This document shows positions 1-9,679 of a stretch of DNA of 32,000 nucleotides, piece after piece. The stretch covers positions 2,160,001 to 2,192,000 of the forward strand of contig NC_002677.1 of assembly GCF_000195855.1 (NCBI RefSeq), read 5' to 3'. Below the pieces are notes generated by a model. The model made no database searches and had not been told where the DNA came from. It saw nothing but the letters and a program-made list of their open reading frames with translations. Made by a program: the position numbers and the translations under genes. How positions within the stretch are numbered: position 1 is the stretch's first letter; every line of letters starts with the position of its first letter. This DNA is from Mycobacterium leprae TN (GTDB lineage Bacteria > Actinomycetota > Actinomycetes > Mycobacteriales > Mycobacteriaceae).

Positions 1-241
1 TAGTCGACGACATGCCCTGTGGTCATGTCACCCAACCACTCCCGGACGTAGCGCTCGTTGAGCCCGGCGACGTACGCGATCTGGGTGCTGGTGACGAGCG
101 AAAGCCCGACCATCGTTTCCAGCAAAGCGGTTTTAATGTCCGACGCTCATGAACAGTGCCAGTCTGGCGTTGTTCATGAGCGTCGGACATCCTCTCGATG
201 AATGCTTCGGTGGTTGCGAAGCCGGTCTCGGGCGCCGTCAT
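1..241 (-). pseudogene. N-terminal part of an Rv2258c-like wHTH / SAM-dependent methyltransferase, frameshifted; runs off the window start
   Basis: Minus strand from ATG 241..239 reads [21 protein letters not shown]. Two frame changes are then needed to read [14 protein letters not shown] and [44 protein letters not shown], which stays open to position 1. A TGA at 149..147 lies in the last frame just upstream. The [11 protein letters not shown] motif and the divergent position next to the ADH match the Rv2258c/Rv2259 arrangement as I remember it. Confidence 0.5.
136..190. repeat. 55-bp near-perfect palindrome (27-bp arms, centre at 163)
   Basis: Base-by-base pairing of i with 326-i: 136..155 (atgtccgacgctcatgaaca) is the exact reverse complement of 171..190 (tgttcatgagcgtcggacat). 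Inner positions 158..162 pair with 164..168. The only mismatches are 156/170 and 157/169, both G-T. Both strands therefore encode almost the same peptide, MN(S/N)A(S/R)LALFMSVGH. Confidence 0.95.
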
Positions 242-274
242 ACTAAGCAACGCTACAACCGTAGGTTGGACACC

Positions 275-1360
275 ATGAGTCAAACAGTACGCGGAGTAAT
301 CTCGCGCAAGAAGGACGAACCCGTGGAACTGGTGGACATCGTCATCCCAGATCCCGGGCCGGGGGAGGCCGTGGTCGACGTCACCGCGTGCGGAGTGTGC
401 CACACTGACCTGACCTACCGCGAAGGCGGCATCAATGACAGGTATCCGTTCCTGCTCGGCCACGAAGCAGCCGGCACGGTCGAGGTCGTCGGGCCGGGCG
501 TGACCGCGGTCGAACCGGGCGACTTCGTAATCCTGAACTGGCGAGCCGTGTGCGGGCAGTGCCGGGCCTGCAAACGCGGCAGGCCAAGCTACTGTTTCGA
601 CACATTCAACGCCCAACAGAAAATGACACTGATCGACGGCACCGAACTTACCCCGGCGCTGGGCATCGGAGCCTTCGCCGACAAGACGCTAGTGCACTCT
701 GGTCAATGCACCAAAGTCGATCCCGCTGCCGATCCAGCGGTCGCCGGCCTGCTGGGCTGCGGGGTGATGGCCGGGTTAGGCGCCGCAATCAATACCGCCG
801 CAGTGAGCCGCGACGACACCGTCGCGGTGATCGGCTGTGGCGGTGTGGGTGATGCCGCAATCTCCGGGGCCGCGCTGGTCGGTGCCAACCGGATCATCGC
901 GGTCGACATCGATGACACGAAACTGGAGTGGGCACGCACGTTCGGTGCCACCCACACCGTTAACGCCCTTGAACTCGAAGTCGTCAAAACCATCCAGGAT
1001 CTCACCAGTGGCTTCGGCGTCGACGTGGTAATCGACACGGTCGGCCGACCCGAAACCTGGAAGCAGGCCTTCTACGCCCGCGATCTCGCCGGAACCGTTG
1101 TACTGGTGGGTGTACCGACACCCGACATGCGCCTGGACATGCCGCTGCTAGACTTCTTCTCTCATGGCGGCTCGCTTAAGTCATCGTGGTACGGTGATTG
1201 CCTACCTGAACGCGATTTCCCCACCCTTGTTGACCTCTATCTGCAGGGACGCCTTCCATTGGGCAAGTTCGTCTCCGAGCGCATTGGGCTGGGCGACGTC
1301 GAAGAAGCATTCCACAAGATACACGGTGGTAAAGTGCTGCGCTCGGTGGTTATGCTGTGA
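275..1360 (+). CDS. mscR: Zn-dependent class III alcohol dehydrogenase, mycothiol-dependent formaldehyde dehydrogenase / S-nitrosomycothiol reductase type
   Basis: 361-aa ORF from ATG 275 ([13 protein letters not shown]...). It carries the catalytic Zn motif CGVCHTD, the structural Zn cysteines [15 protein letters not shown] and the NAD fold GCGGVGD. It is near-collinear with my memory of Rv2259 (361 aa). I rejected the track start at 149 because those 42 extra codons fall in the palindrome/pseudogene region. Confidence 0.88.
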   Translation: MSQTVRGVISRKKDEPVELVDIVIPDPGPGEAVVDVTACGVCHTDLTYREGGINDRYPFLLGHEAAGTVEVVGPGVTAVEPGDFVILNWRAVCGQCRACKRGRPSYCFDTFNAQQKMTLIDGTELTPALGIGAFADKTLVHSGQCTKVDPAADPAVAGLLGCGVMAGLGAAINTAAVSRDDTVAVIGCGGVGDAAISGAALVGANRIIAVDIDDTKLEWARTFGATHTVNALELEVVKTIQDLTSGFGVDVVIDTVGRPETWKQAFYARDLAGTVVLVGVPTPDMRLDMPLLDFFSHGGSLKSSWYGDCLPERDFPTLVDLYLQGRLPLGKFVSERIGLGDVEEAFHKIHGGKVLRSVVML

Positions 1361-1935
1361 TTGAATGGGTAGTCCCCCAAAGAACCTTCGAACTCGACAG
1401 TAGCAGTTAGGAAATCGATAACAACATCTGGATAGTCGGTGACGACACCGAGGTCGTGATTTTCAATGCCACCCCCCATTAAGCAGCACCGATCGTAGCG
1501 ACAATCGATGGCCGCACAACGTAGTGGCAGTGGTGTGCACCCACGGCCACAACGATCACATCACAGCGGCTCCCGAGCTTGGACTCGATGTTGAAGTGTT
1601 TTATAGGACACCTGCATCTTTCGGGCCGGTCGGGATAGGTTTTGGGCCAACACCCCCACAATTTGTTCGGGACTGTACTTCTTGGCCAGCACACATGTCT
1701 ATCTCCGTACGCAGCTGCCCACAACGCTCACCTTGCCGGCCTTTAAAGCCACTGGGCCCACTGCTCACTGCATAGCTAAGCAATACAAGCTCAGTAACCC
1801 GATTGAGCGTCTTAGCCAGCATAGTTGGTGTCGAATCAGTGCAACCCCCAAAGCAACCCGCAAACACGCGGGCCCCACCCTTGCTGGTGATCTCACGCAC
1901 GATCCCCACCCCCACCCAACCCAAACGAACGGTTA
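1357..1935 (+). pseudogene. Metallo-beta-lactamase-fold hydrolase (Rv2260-like) pseudogene
   Basis: GTG 1357 overlaps the ADH stop (GTGA). The frame reads [17 protein letters not shown], then TAG at 1408..1410, then EIDNNIWIVGDDTEVVIFNATPH, then TAA. The MBL metal motif THGHNDH (AVVCTHGHNDHITAAPELG) lies in a different frame at about 1524..1590. Hence in-frame stops plus a frameshift. The 3' limit is approximate. Confidence 0.6.
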
Positions 1936-2554
1936 ACGATCGATCACATCAACTCACAACACTGCAACACACCGCCACCCTTTACTCCACCCCCACAACA
2001 GAACATGCACACAAAGTACAATTCAACAATCTTGCAGCAAGTGAAGCTAAAATCAGGTCGCATCAGTATCGAATGGCGTCTGGTGATGGTCGCGGTCCTG
2101 TTGTTTAGCCGCAGCCGACTAACTTTTTGAGTCACTCAAGGCGTACACCCTAGTCAGGGAGTTCCTAGGCTACGGCCGGTGTAGTCATCAAGGATTGAGA
2201 CACCAGCGCCGAAACAGCCTTCTGCCGGGTGCGGGCCACCCAGGTCACTGACAAAGCTAAATCGATCAAGCTGACCACAACAAACACCTACACCAGAAAG
2301 CCGTACGAACTTTAATAGCCGAAGGCAAGTCGCGGGTTCATGAATCTGCGACCTGACCGTCGGTGGTGACGTTGTAGTTACCATCAGCGAAACCGGCGAC
2401 CAACACCAACAACATAGCGATGGCGGCAGTGAGCGAAATCCGGGCGAGCCGCCTGCTCTTCATCCACGCAGTATGTCTATCACGACAGAAACGGCGCCAA
2501 CGAAACAGCGCAAAGCCCAGGATCCGGCGAACACCGGCACCAGAACCCAATCTC

Positions 2555-2887
2555 CTAGCCGTTGTATACAGGAGGCATTCGACGCCAACGAAACACAACC
2601 ACACCCTGGTAGCCCGACGGGCACCACACCAGACAGCGACCCCAGACGTCGAAGGCCAAGTTATCGCCCGACAATCTGACATGCACCGCCGAACGTCCTA
2701 CCTCGGCGGCGTACAGCGCGGGCAAAACAGCCAGCTGCTGCACCCAAGTCCTCTGAATCGTTGAAGTGAAACTCTGATTGACTAACAACTCAGCGCCAAA
2801 CTGCGCCTCATGATGAGCAAGGTCAAAAAAATTGTCTCGTAGCTGATCAACGGCCCGATCACGAACGTAGTCGGCGAGGTAATTCAT
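2555..2887 (-). pseudogene. Possible cytochrome P450 central fragment (decayed)
   Basis: Minus-strand ORF MNYLADYVRDRAVDQLRDNFFDLAHHEAQFGAELL...ALYAAEVGRSAVHV resembles the P450 G/H-helix region (..DDL.S.L..AE.DGE.L..) followed by an ExxR-like EVGR. No I-helix AGxETT and no haem-binding loop is seen. This rests on weak, pattern-level similarity only. Confidence 0.3.
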
Positions 2888-3066
2888 AGCACAACCAGAC
2901 GCAACGGCACCAGGCCGAACTAGGTTCAGCCACTATCACACTGGCACGGGAAAAGCGAAGACAGGTACTACACCGACGGCCAGCCGAGGATTTGCCCTCG
3001 ACAGGCTGTCGAGCATGTGCCCATTTCACCAGAACGCTGCCCGGATTCCCTGGAGGCCAGGTGAAG

Positions 3067-3395
3067 AGGACGCTAAGAGCCATCAGCAAGAGACGGCACC
3101 AAGATGGCGACCGGCGATCAGGTTCCACTGTGGTACAATTCTGCCAACTACGACGAGTCAAAGTTTGTTAATCCATCGACTTTGGACGTCGAACGCAATC
3201 CCAATCCGCATGTCGGTTTATGTGGCCGAAGTACCCAATTCTGTCTGGGCGCTAACATAACTCGGAGCGAGATCAGAGTCGTGTTCGACGAAATTAACCG
3301 ATATAGTCGCGACAGGAACACCCTCACGCCTTTTGTCGCAATTCATCCACGGCATCAAAAGTCTGAGGGTCGCCTGGACTCCCCCCTTAGCATGA
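3067..3395 (+). pseudogene. cyp124: Cytochrome P450 C-terminal pseudogene, cyp124-like
   Basis: Three frames are needed: RTL (3067), then TKMATGDQVPLWYNSANYDESKFVNPSTLDVERNPNPHVGLCGRSTQFCLGANITRSEIRVVFDEI, then QFIHGIKSLRVAWTPPLA-stop (3393..3395). This matches my memory of the Cyp124 C-terminus (..[65 protein letters not shown]). The haem loop FGGGxHFCLG has degenerated to GLCGRSTQFCLG. No matching N-terminal two-thirds was identified upstream. Confidence 0.72.
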
Positions 3396-4122
3396 TATCA
3401 GCGTTGGCACTTACTCCAGTTTTCCACGGAAACATGCTTATTGGCAACGTAATCGGTTCTGTCGAGGAGACCTGACGGTGTGCTCTGCGTTGTCCGATAG
3501 CTGGTAGGTCGGCAGCTAGCAGGAAACGAATTCTTAGCGTTGAAGCTAACTTCCGCCTCTTCTCATTCTCAACGTATAGCGTACCCAGGACTTGCGGTAA
3601 GCCCTGGGGCATACTGGCCAAGACCAGAAGCTGCGCAAATGGAGTCGTGAAAGATGGTAAGTAATGCATGCCTAGGTGATCGTCGTGGGCTCCAAGCTCA
3701 CCTGTCTGATACTGGCCGTTAAACTGAGCCTGGCCGGCGTGCGACAGCTGATGCTGGAACGCCCATCCCAATTCCGGCCCACTCTGTGGTCCGGCGGCAC
3801 TGTCGGACAGGTCGTGCAACTGCTGTAATATCGAGGGCTGCTGAAACGGTTCAGCACGGTCAGTACCGAACCGGCTGTACGACTCTTTTCGGCAAGGTAG
3901 ATCTAAACCTCATGATGCACCGTCATCGGCCTGCTTCAAGCCGCAAACGGCCAACCCCCCTACTGGACTCAGTGCATAGCTGAAGCAAGGACTTATCTGG
4001 TGCCAGCCCGTGACCGGCTAAATACAACGTGGCCGACCATGTCATTGAGTAGACTTTGTCGACGACAAACAACCCAGTCCCCGATGAGCCCTGCAAAGTA
4101 CCTCTTGGCCGATAACACCACC

Positions 4123-4503
4123 ATGCCAACCGGTGAACAACACACCAACGACGAAGCAGAGATCGAACCCGACTATCGGTTCACCCTGGCTAACGAGCGG
4201 ACTTTCTTGTCCTGGCAACGCACTTCGCCAGGGCTGCTGGCTGCTGCAGTAGCCCTGGCTCAGCTCGTTCCGGAGCTGACCTGTTCCCGGCGCGTGCCGT
4301 TTGCTTAGCATGAGGGTTACAGTTCCTGACCACCCTCCACCAGCGGAATGAGACTGCTGCGCTGGCGGCAACCTGAGCATTCCATGCACCGCGGCCTGTG
4401 TAATTGCCCCGTCACCTCACCCCCGGCTACCTAGCGCTAAGCCCTCAAACTGGTCTGGATAATCGCGCTAGTTCTGGTAATCGCCAAGGCTGTCATGAAT
4501 TGA
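4123..4503 (+). pseudogene. DUF202 (YidH-like) membrane protein pseudogene
   Basis: [52 protein letters not shown] carries the DUF202 signature ANERTFL.W.RT. A stop follows at 4306..4308. The expected continuation (LLRWRQPEHSMHRGL.., then VWIIALVLVIAKAVMN-stop at 4501..4503) lies in other frames. Confidence 0.55.
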
Positions 4504-4690
4504 GCCAGACGACGTCAGTCGGTCAGCCAGATCCCGGACTACAGTCGGAGCGAACCGCCCGGACCTCTTTTGCGTTGCTGGGCAACGGCGCGATGATGAT
4601 AGGCAAGAACCTGCACGGCACTGACGAACTCACCAAACAATTCCCGCCGGGTTGGCGATCGTCGCAACATCATGCTGCCACGTGATTGCT
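4497..4690 (+). pseudogene. Second DUF202-type small membrane protein remnant
   Basis: GQPDPGLQSERTARTSFALLGNGAMMIG resembles the D.GLQ.ERT.LAW.RT motif of the second gene in DUF202 pairs. The hydrophobic segments expected afterwards are not preserved. Boundaries are approximate. Confidence 0.4.
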
Positions 4691-4938
4691 ACATAACGCC
4701 AATGAACATTGGGACAACGCCCAATCCCGCGTACATCACTCCGCTCTGTCACGTGCACGTCGTCGGTATATCGGTTGCTGGCACTCATGGCCGTGAACAC
4801 GCTTGCCGTATTGCACTAACGCCCGTCGACATCAACGCTGGGAACGATGTTGCGCAGTTCGTCAGACAGCCTCCGGATTTCGTACCGAAACTCACCGATG
4901 TGAGTATACATTAACAATCCGTTATTCCTATAATAGGA

Positions 4939-5142
4939 TTAATTTGTTTCCGATACACATTGGATTATCCACGAAGTCAGCAACATCACCGTGGCAAAAA
5001 CCCACTCCGGCACGGTCAGCTGTCCCAACGTCGACCGCATGAACAAAGCGACGAAATAATCGTCACCGAACAGCGCAGCACCATACTCAGCCAGCAGCCG
5101 ATAAATACTGACCTCGGGTAGCTTATCACCCAACAACAACAC
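4939..5142 (-). mobile_element. IS5/IS1182-type transposase N-terminal remnant (DUF772-like)
   Basis: MLLLGDKLPEVSIYRLLAEYGAALFGDDYFVALFMRSTLGQLTVPEWVFATVMLLTSW resembles the conserved transposase N-terminus (..SFY..LA..G..LF.DEDFA.LY...GRPS.PP..LA.V.VLQ). Only about 67 codons are open. I saw no DDE domain and no terminal inverted repeats. AT-rich DNA flanks it on both sides. Confidence 0.45.
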
Positions 5143-5619
5143 GTCATCAAATGATCCCTCATCGATTTTTATATCCTAAATCCACCCAACGATCCTGAAG
5201 GAATAGCCGAGTCGAAAACACTCAGGCAAAAAGAAAATCGCGTAACTAAATCAGCAGCGTCCTCGTGAATACCACTACCTCATGGGTTGTACCCCCAGTT
5301 GGGTCAAGCACCGTGACGCTAATAATGAGTAACCAAACTCGAAAACACATTCGAAACAATGGATTTAAGTACCAAGGATACGAACGGTGTTCGGGGACAC
5401 CACTTGGCGGTAACAGACACCCGACGTTTCTAGTGATCCAGCTGCACCTCACTCGAGCCGTTTTGACCAGCCACACTTTCGGCACGATCGCCTGGCGGGC
5501 TATACAAGCTTTTACGGAACCCGATAACACACGCGCTATCAGATCCCGATGTTCACCGCATAAGACGGAGCTGAATCTTCTTCTGGCACAGAATCTTCTG
5601 TTGAACACGCAAAGTTGTC

Positions 5620-5997
5620 CTAGTCGATCGAGTCGATATGTTTACGAAAGCGTGCAGCCGGGTAGGCTAATGCACCCACCTCCTGAACCCGATCGGTCAA
5701 CGCGCTATCCGATGTCACGACACAAATTCCTTGAGGTTCAGGATCGGCTTGCACCAGCCGGACGATCTCGTCGTCGGCTGAGTCAGGGAATGCCTTGGGT
5801 GCGTGTGCTATCACGATCACCGATGAACGAATGGAGGGCGACGGCGGCCGCTCAAACACCACTGTCACGTGGTTCCTTTCGGTTGACGCCCAGCGCTCGA
5901 GCTTACCTACCAGACGAACCATTGCGCCACGGCGGTCCTTCCACCAACAATCCGGGCGAGTCCCGATCACGTTCATCGCATCGACTATCCAGCGCAC
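5620..5997 (-). CDS. NYN/YacP-like (PIN-related) predicted RNA-binding nuclease, apparently intact
   Basis: From GTG 5997..5995: (M)RWIVDAMNVIGTRPDCWWKDRRGAMVRLVGKLERWASTERNHVTVVFERPP...FPDSADDEIVRLVQADPEPQGICVVTSDSALTDRVQEVGALAYPAARF. This fits the YacP/NYN pattern VDG.NV ... VVF(D/E) ... (S/T)ADDEI ... VVTSD. There are no internal stops. The track start at 6063 adds 22 unconserved-looking codons, and the choice of start is my inference. Confidence 0.6.
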   Translation of the reverse strand: MRWIVDAMNVIGTRPDCWWKDRRGAMVRLVGKLERWASTERNHVTVVFERPPSPSIRSSVIVIAHAPKAFPDSADDEIVRLVQADPEPQGICVVTSDSALTDRVQEVGALAYPAARFRKHIDSID

Positions 5998-6677
5998 ACG
6001 TCTGACAGTACAGGTTATGGCTTGGTGCGTAACCGTCGGCAACATAATAAAAATTTTTCCCAATTGTCGGCCACCCGCGGCTAAGCCAACACCAGAAATA
6101 TGGCAGCAATGACGATGGAGCTCTCGGCCTCGACCTCGAGTTATTTTCCTAGCTTGCCTACTTGGAACCAGTTGCGAAGGAAAAGGGACAAAGCCATGCA
6201 GCGCGAGCCCGATGGCGATGCTGTTGAAGATCGCCGTGGTGCGCCCACCTTCAGCGCCGTGAATGGCCGCACCTCAGTACCAGGAGCTTCCATCAAGCCA
6301 GAAGTTGATCAGATACATTCGTGATCGGTTGCTGCACGACACTAGCATCGCCAATCTTGGCGTTCGCCGTCCACCGTTACGGAGTGGTGTGATTCGAGCC
6401 CAGCGTCACTTTACTTTCAGTGTGTCGCCAACTGTCAGCGTCATGTCTCGAGAGATGTTGCTCTGGTTAAAAAAGTCGTACATGGGGACGTCGATGGTTT
6501 TGGTTGCCAGCGGGCTCTCAGTGGATCTCAGGTAACCCAACACCACTGTGAACCGAACATGGCGAACATCACCAAAACCCTTGTCTTCCATGAGAATAAA
6601 CCCTCTAATTCAGTTTTGGAGCATAGCCCGTTGCACGGGATGTAAGCGCGCTAAATCACCACCATCTGCTGCTACGA

Positions 6678-8339
6678 TTGCTGGATACCAACACACCGCT
6701 AACCAGACGTATGAAATCGATTAAACTGTACAGCAGATGGGCTAGTTTTTGGCTTGTCATTGTCGTCGAGTTGGTCTCCACCGTCATCGTGGGAACGGTC
6801 TTGGAACAGCGCTATCGCGTGAATCCCCCCAATCTTGCGTATTGTCCTGCTGGGTCTGATCCCTGCCGTCTGGTGATGTTCGGATCAACGAGGAGATGGT
6901 GCTTCCACTATTTTTGCCGGTTATACCCCATATTGGGGAAAGCATGAACATGAACTTTTCGCTAGATCCACGCGAACCTAAGCGTCATCATGTTTCTCAG
7001 TGTCGCCCTAGTAATTGCCACCGCAGTAATGATGTCGTGGACAGCACGAGCGCTCGGTATGGCGTCGGACACAATGGCGGTGCTGTACGCTGTGCTCTCC
7101 CCCACCACCGCCTTAGCCGGTCTGGCCAAGCAATTGCCACGCCTTAACCTCACCGTGCTGCGCGCCGCAGAGTACCCTCCCCGAGGGAGCCCACTGGTCG
7201 TGTTCATCGTGACTGTAAAAGTCACGATTGGCGGAGCCGCTATCGGACCCGTTGATTCGGTCGCCCAATTTATTGGCTCCCCTACCTCGGCAGTATCTCC
7301 GCCAAGCTACTGGTCGGCGGATTGGTACCCCTGCTACGTCAACGGAATCGACGCCCCAGTAGCGGAAAAAGCTCCTTGAGCGCGCTGACACCGTTAGCAA
7401 CGTTACTTGATAATCCAATCAATCCACTGCAGCAGTGTGGTCGCGGTCATGGTGTCGGCGCTAGTGCTTGTTCGTCTATTCGGAACCGGTCGTGATCCGG
7501 GCTCGTTCCCAGCCGCAGGCTTATGCATTCTGGAGACATGGCGACATTTCTGATGAACGGCCCGTTGTGGGTGTTTATTGGAATCCATATCTCGGGAACG
7601 CTGCGCAGAATACCCAACGTCGACGGGTGGGTTACACCACACCACGTTTATTGCCCTTGCCATCACCGGCGTCATCATCGTGTCCCAAATTTTCTGAGGA
7701 CCGCTCACCACCGCGCTGATTAGTGTCATCGACCGAAGCGAGGTGCAGCTCACCCGTCGAGTCAACTGGCGTCAGCACATCGTTAACGCCGAGGCAGGAT
7801 TCCACGGTACAGCGTCACTAGCCGCTGCGTTAACCGTCCCGTTGACCACGCTCAGCAGCACACCATTCCCAGACCGCAGCCTGATCATTTATGTCGTGAC
7901 GGCGATCATTCTTATTACCACGCTACTCCAAGGGAGTACGCTACCCGTCGTCATCCGCTGGGCCCGGATGCCCGAAAACGTAGCTCACGCTGAGAAATTG
8001 CCATTGGCCCGCAGTGTTGGCGCTCAAACCGCTCTCGATGTGTTACCGGCGGTTACCAGCGAACGCGGGTTCGGTTCGAAACTACTGAGCTGCCTACAAA
8101 AGTAAGACGAAGAACACGCCGCAGTGGTCAACGCCAACGCCGACGATTCGGCGACAAACGATCTGGTTAAACGAAATGATCTGGTGCGGCGGGTACATCT
8201 TGGCATGATCCAGCACCAACACTGGGTCGTTACTGACCTTCGACACCAGAACCTCATCAACGACATCGTACTACGCGAGTTGCAGGCCGAACTAGATCTA
8301 GCGGAGGCACAACTTTTCGACGCTGCCGATACCGACTAA
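6678..8339 (+). pseudogene. yjcE: Na+/H+ antiporter (NhaP/CPA1, yjcE-like) pseudogene
   Basis: Collinear fragments lie in at least four frames. N-terminal TM: WLVIVVELVSTVIVGTVLEQRYRVNPP (6678..6947). TM block: 6990..7379. Then FHGTASLAAALTVPLTT..PFPDRSLIIYVVTAIILITTLLQGSTLPVVIRWARMP (7743..8105). C-terminal cytoplasmic tail: RRVHLGMIQHQHWVVTDLRHQNLINDIVLRELQAELDLAEAQL (8124..8339). Confidence 0.7.
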
Positions 8340-8639
8340 GCGCACCACCCACAGTCAGTCGACACGCGTCGACAGTCCCAAACCGTACAGTCGGCTACAT
8401 GTCACAAACGATAGTGATTCGCGGATGCCGTGCCGCGCGAGGTAGTCCCCCCGTTGGGTCAGCTGTCGATCGTCACCGGCGCCAACGGTGCAGTAAAGTC
8501 GTCTCTGTACCGCACTCTGCGGCTATTAGCAGAGTACGACCGAGGCGAAATGATCGGCTCAGTCGCTCATGAGGGCGGACTGTAACCTGTGCTGTGGGCC
8601 AGGACCGAGGATGTGGGAGCTGCCCGAAGCACTGGGAAA

Positions 8640-9576
8640 GCGAAGGGCACGGTACATACCAAACCCGTAACACTTGACTACACTTCCGCAGCAAATGATT
8701 TCGTTTATCTAGTAAAACTAGGCATCCCACCATCAGTCGGGCATAACTCGACCTTCGCCCGCGATCCAGAAATCAAATGGGCAGCGGTGTTTACTGGCCC
8801 GATCCGGCGGACCAGCACCATGCTCGTGCGTCGGACCCGAAACTATGCCGAGGTCAGCGCAGACGTAGGCCGCACTTTCAACGAGTTGTGCCGGTCCTTG
8901 CCGTTTAACCGCAATGTGCTCGCAGCAGTATGCCCCTACCCGCAAGCACTTTTCCGAACTGGCAACCGTGCGCGAGCGGCTACCCGTATGGCGGTTCTAA
9001 GAAGACTTCGGCATGAATGCGACAGCACCCGCGCGGCCCCCACAGGGGGATACACGTACCCCGGTGCTTGCCGACGACAACAGTGACTTGGCCGCCGCGA
9101 TTCGACGATCATCAAGTCAGGATTCGATGAGCGGAGACTCGCCGTCGCGGACACATTCGATGCGTGCCACGGTCTCGGTTGTCATCCACGACGGGCTGTT
9201 CGACCTTCAGTTGCAACAGCACGAGATGCTGCGAGCTGCCGAGTTATACGACGGCACATTACGGTTCCTGCTGTGGACCGCCGCACTGTTTAGTGCTCTA
9301 GCGTTATCGCTAATATAACTCAACGAATCAAAAATCTAACTGCAACCAAACTTGGCTCGTCCGCTTGCATCGCTGACCCGGACCGTGGCCACACGGACTC
9401 AGGTTGTGATGGTCACCCACTCCCTTGCACCGCTGGAGTTCTTCGACACCGTAACCGTAGTGGCGGCCTGCCCATTCGGTACCGACGCTGCCGACCGAGC
9501 AGTCGAGATCGGACCGTACAAGGAGTGGGGTGATACCCGTATCAGCGGCCAGGACCTGCTGACAACACTGCGATAG
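8640..9576 (+). pseudogene. ABC transporter ATP-binding protein pseudogene
   Basis: Degenerate Walker A in context (WAAVFTGPIRRTSTMLVRR versus G..v.i.GPSGSGKSTLLR). Degenerate signature/Walker B region (FDLQLQQHEMLRAAE...LLWTAALFSALAL versus LSGGQQQRVAIARAL...LLLADEPTSALD). C-terminal block TQVVMVTHSLAPLEFFDTVTVV (..tvvmvTHdl..a..ladrv.vl). These pieces lie in different frames separated by stops. Confidence 0.5.
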
Positions 9577-9679
9577 GACTGGAGCAAACGCTGAAGAACA
9601 CAGAATTGTCCTGATAGGCACTTTTACCCACCAACCAACGTTCTGAAGTATGTTGGTTATCATAATGGGTCAGCTGCCC

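Noticed and set aside
149-274. N-terminal 42-codon extension of the ADH ORF (track start ATG 149)
   Set aside because: The extension is generated by the palindrome and overlaps the divergent pseudogene. The conserved ADH N-terminus MSQTVRG begins at ATG 275 and gives the expected 361 aa.
23-616. 197-aa minus-strand ORF
   Set aside because: Most of it is antisense to the well-supported ADH gene, and its 3' part is out of frame with the recognisable Rv2258c-like peptide. It is a GC-rich shadow ORF.
2338-2463. 41-codon minus-strand ORF MKSRRLARISLTAAIAMLLVLVAGFADGNYNVTTDGQVADS, which looks like a signal peptide
   Set aside because: Only a signal-like N-terminus followed by 16 residues and a stop. 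It is most likely the stub of a decayed secreted or lipoprotein gene and is too short to call.
3355-3819. 154-aa minus-strand ORF downstream of the cyp124-like fragment (by position possibly Rv2267c-like)
   Set aside because: I recognise no motif. It overlaps the end of the P450 pseudogene and has odd composition. I cannot support a call without a database search.
5265-6005. 246-aa plus-strand ORF
   Set aside because: Its 3' half is antisense to the NYN gene, and its 5' half lies in AT-rich decayed DNA. The translation is low-complexity with no motif.
8589-9086. Initial idea that this 165-aa ORF is a CDP-diacylglycerol pyrophosphatase (cdh) remnant, as expected after yjcE in M. tuberculosis order
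   Set aside because: The match to the Cdh motifs was poor. The same ORF aligns better to the N-terminal half of an ABC ATPase (degenerate Walker A in the right context), and downstream fragments supply the signature, Walker B and H-loop regions.
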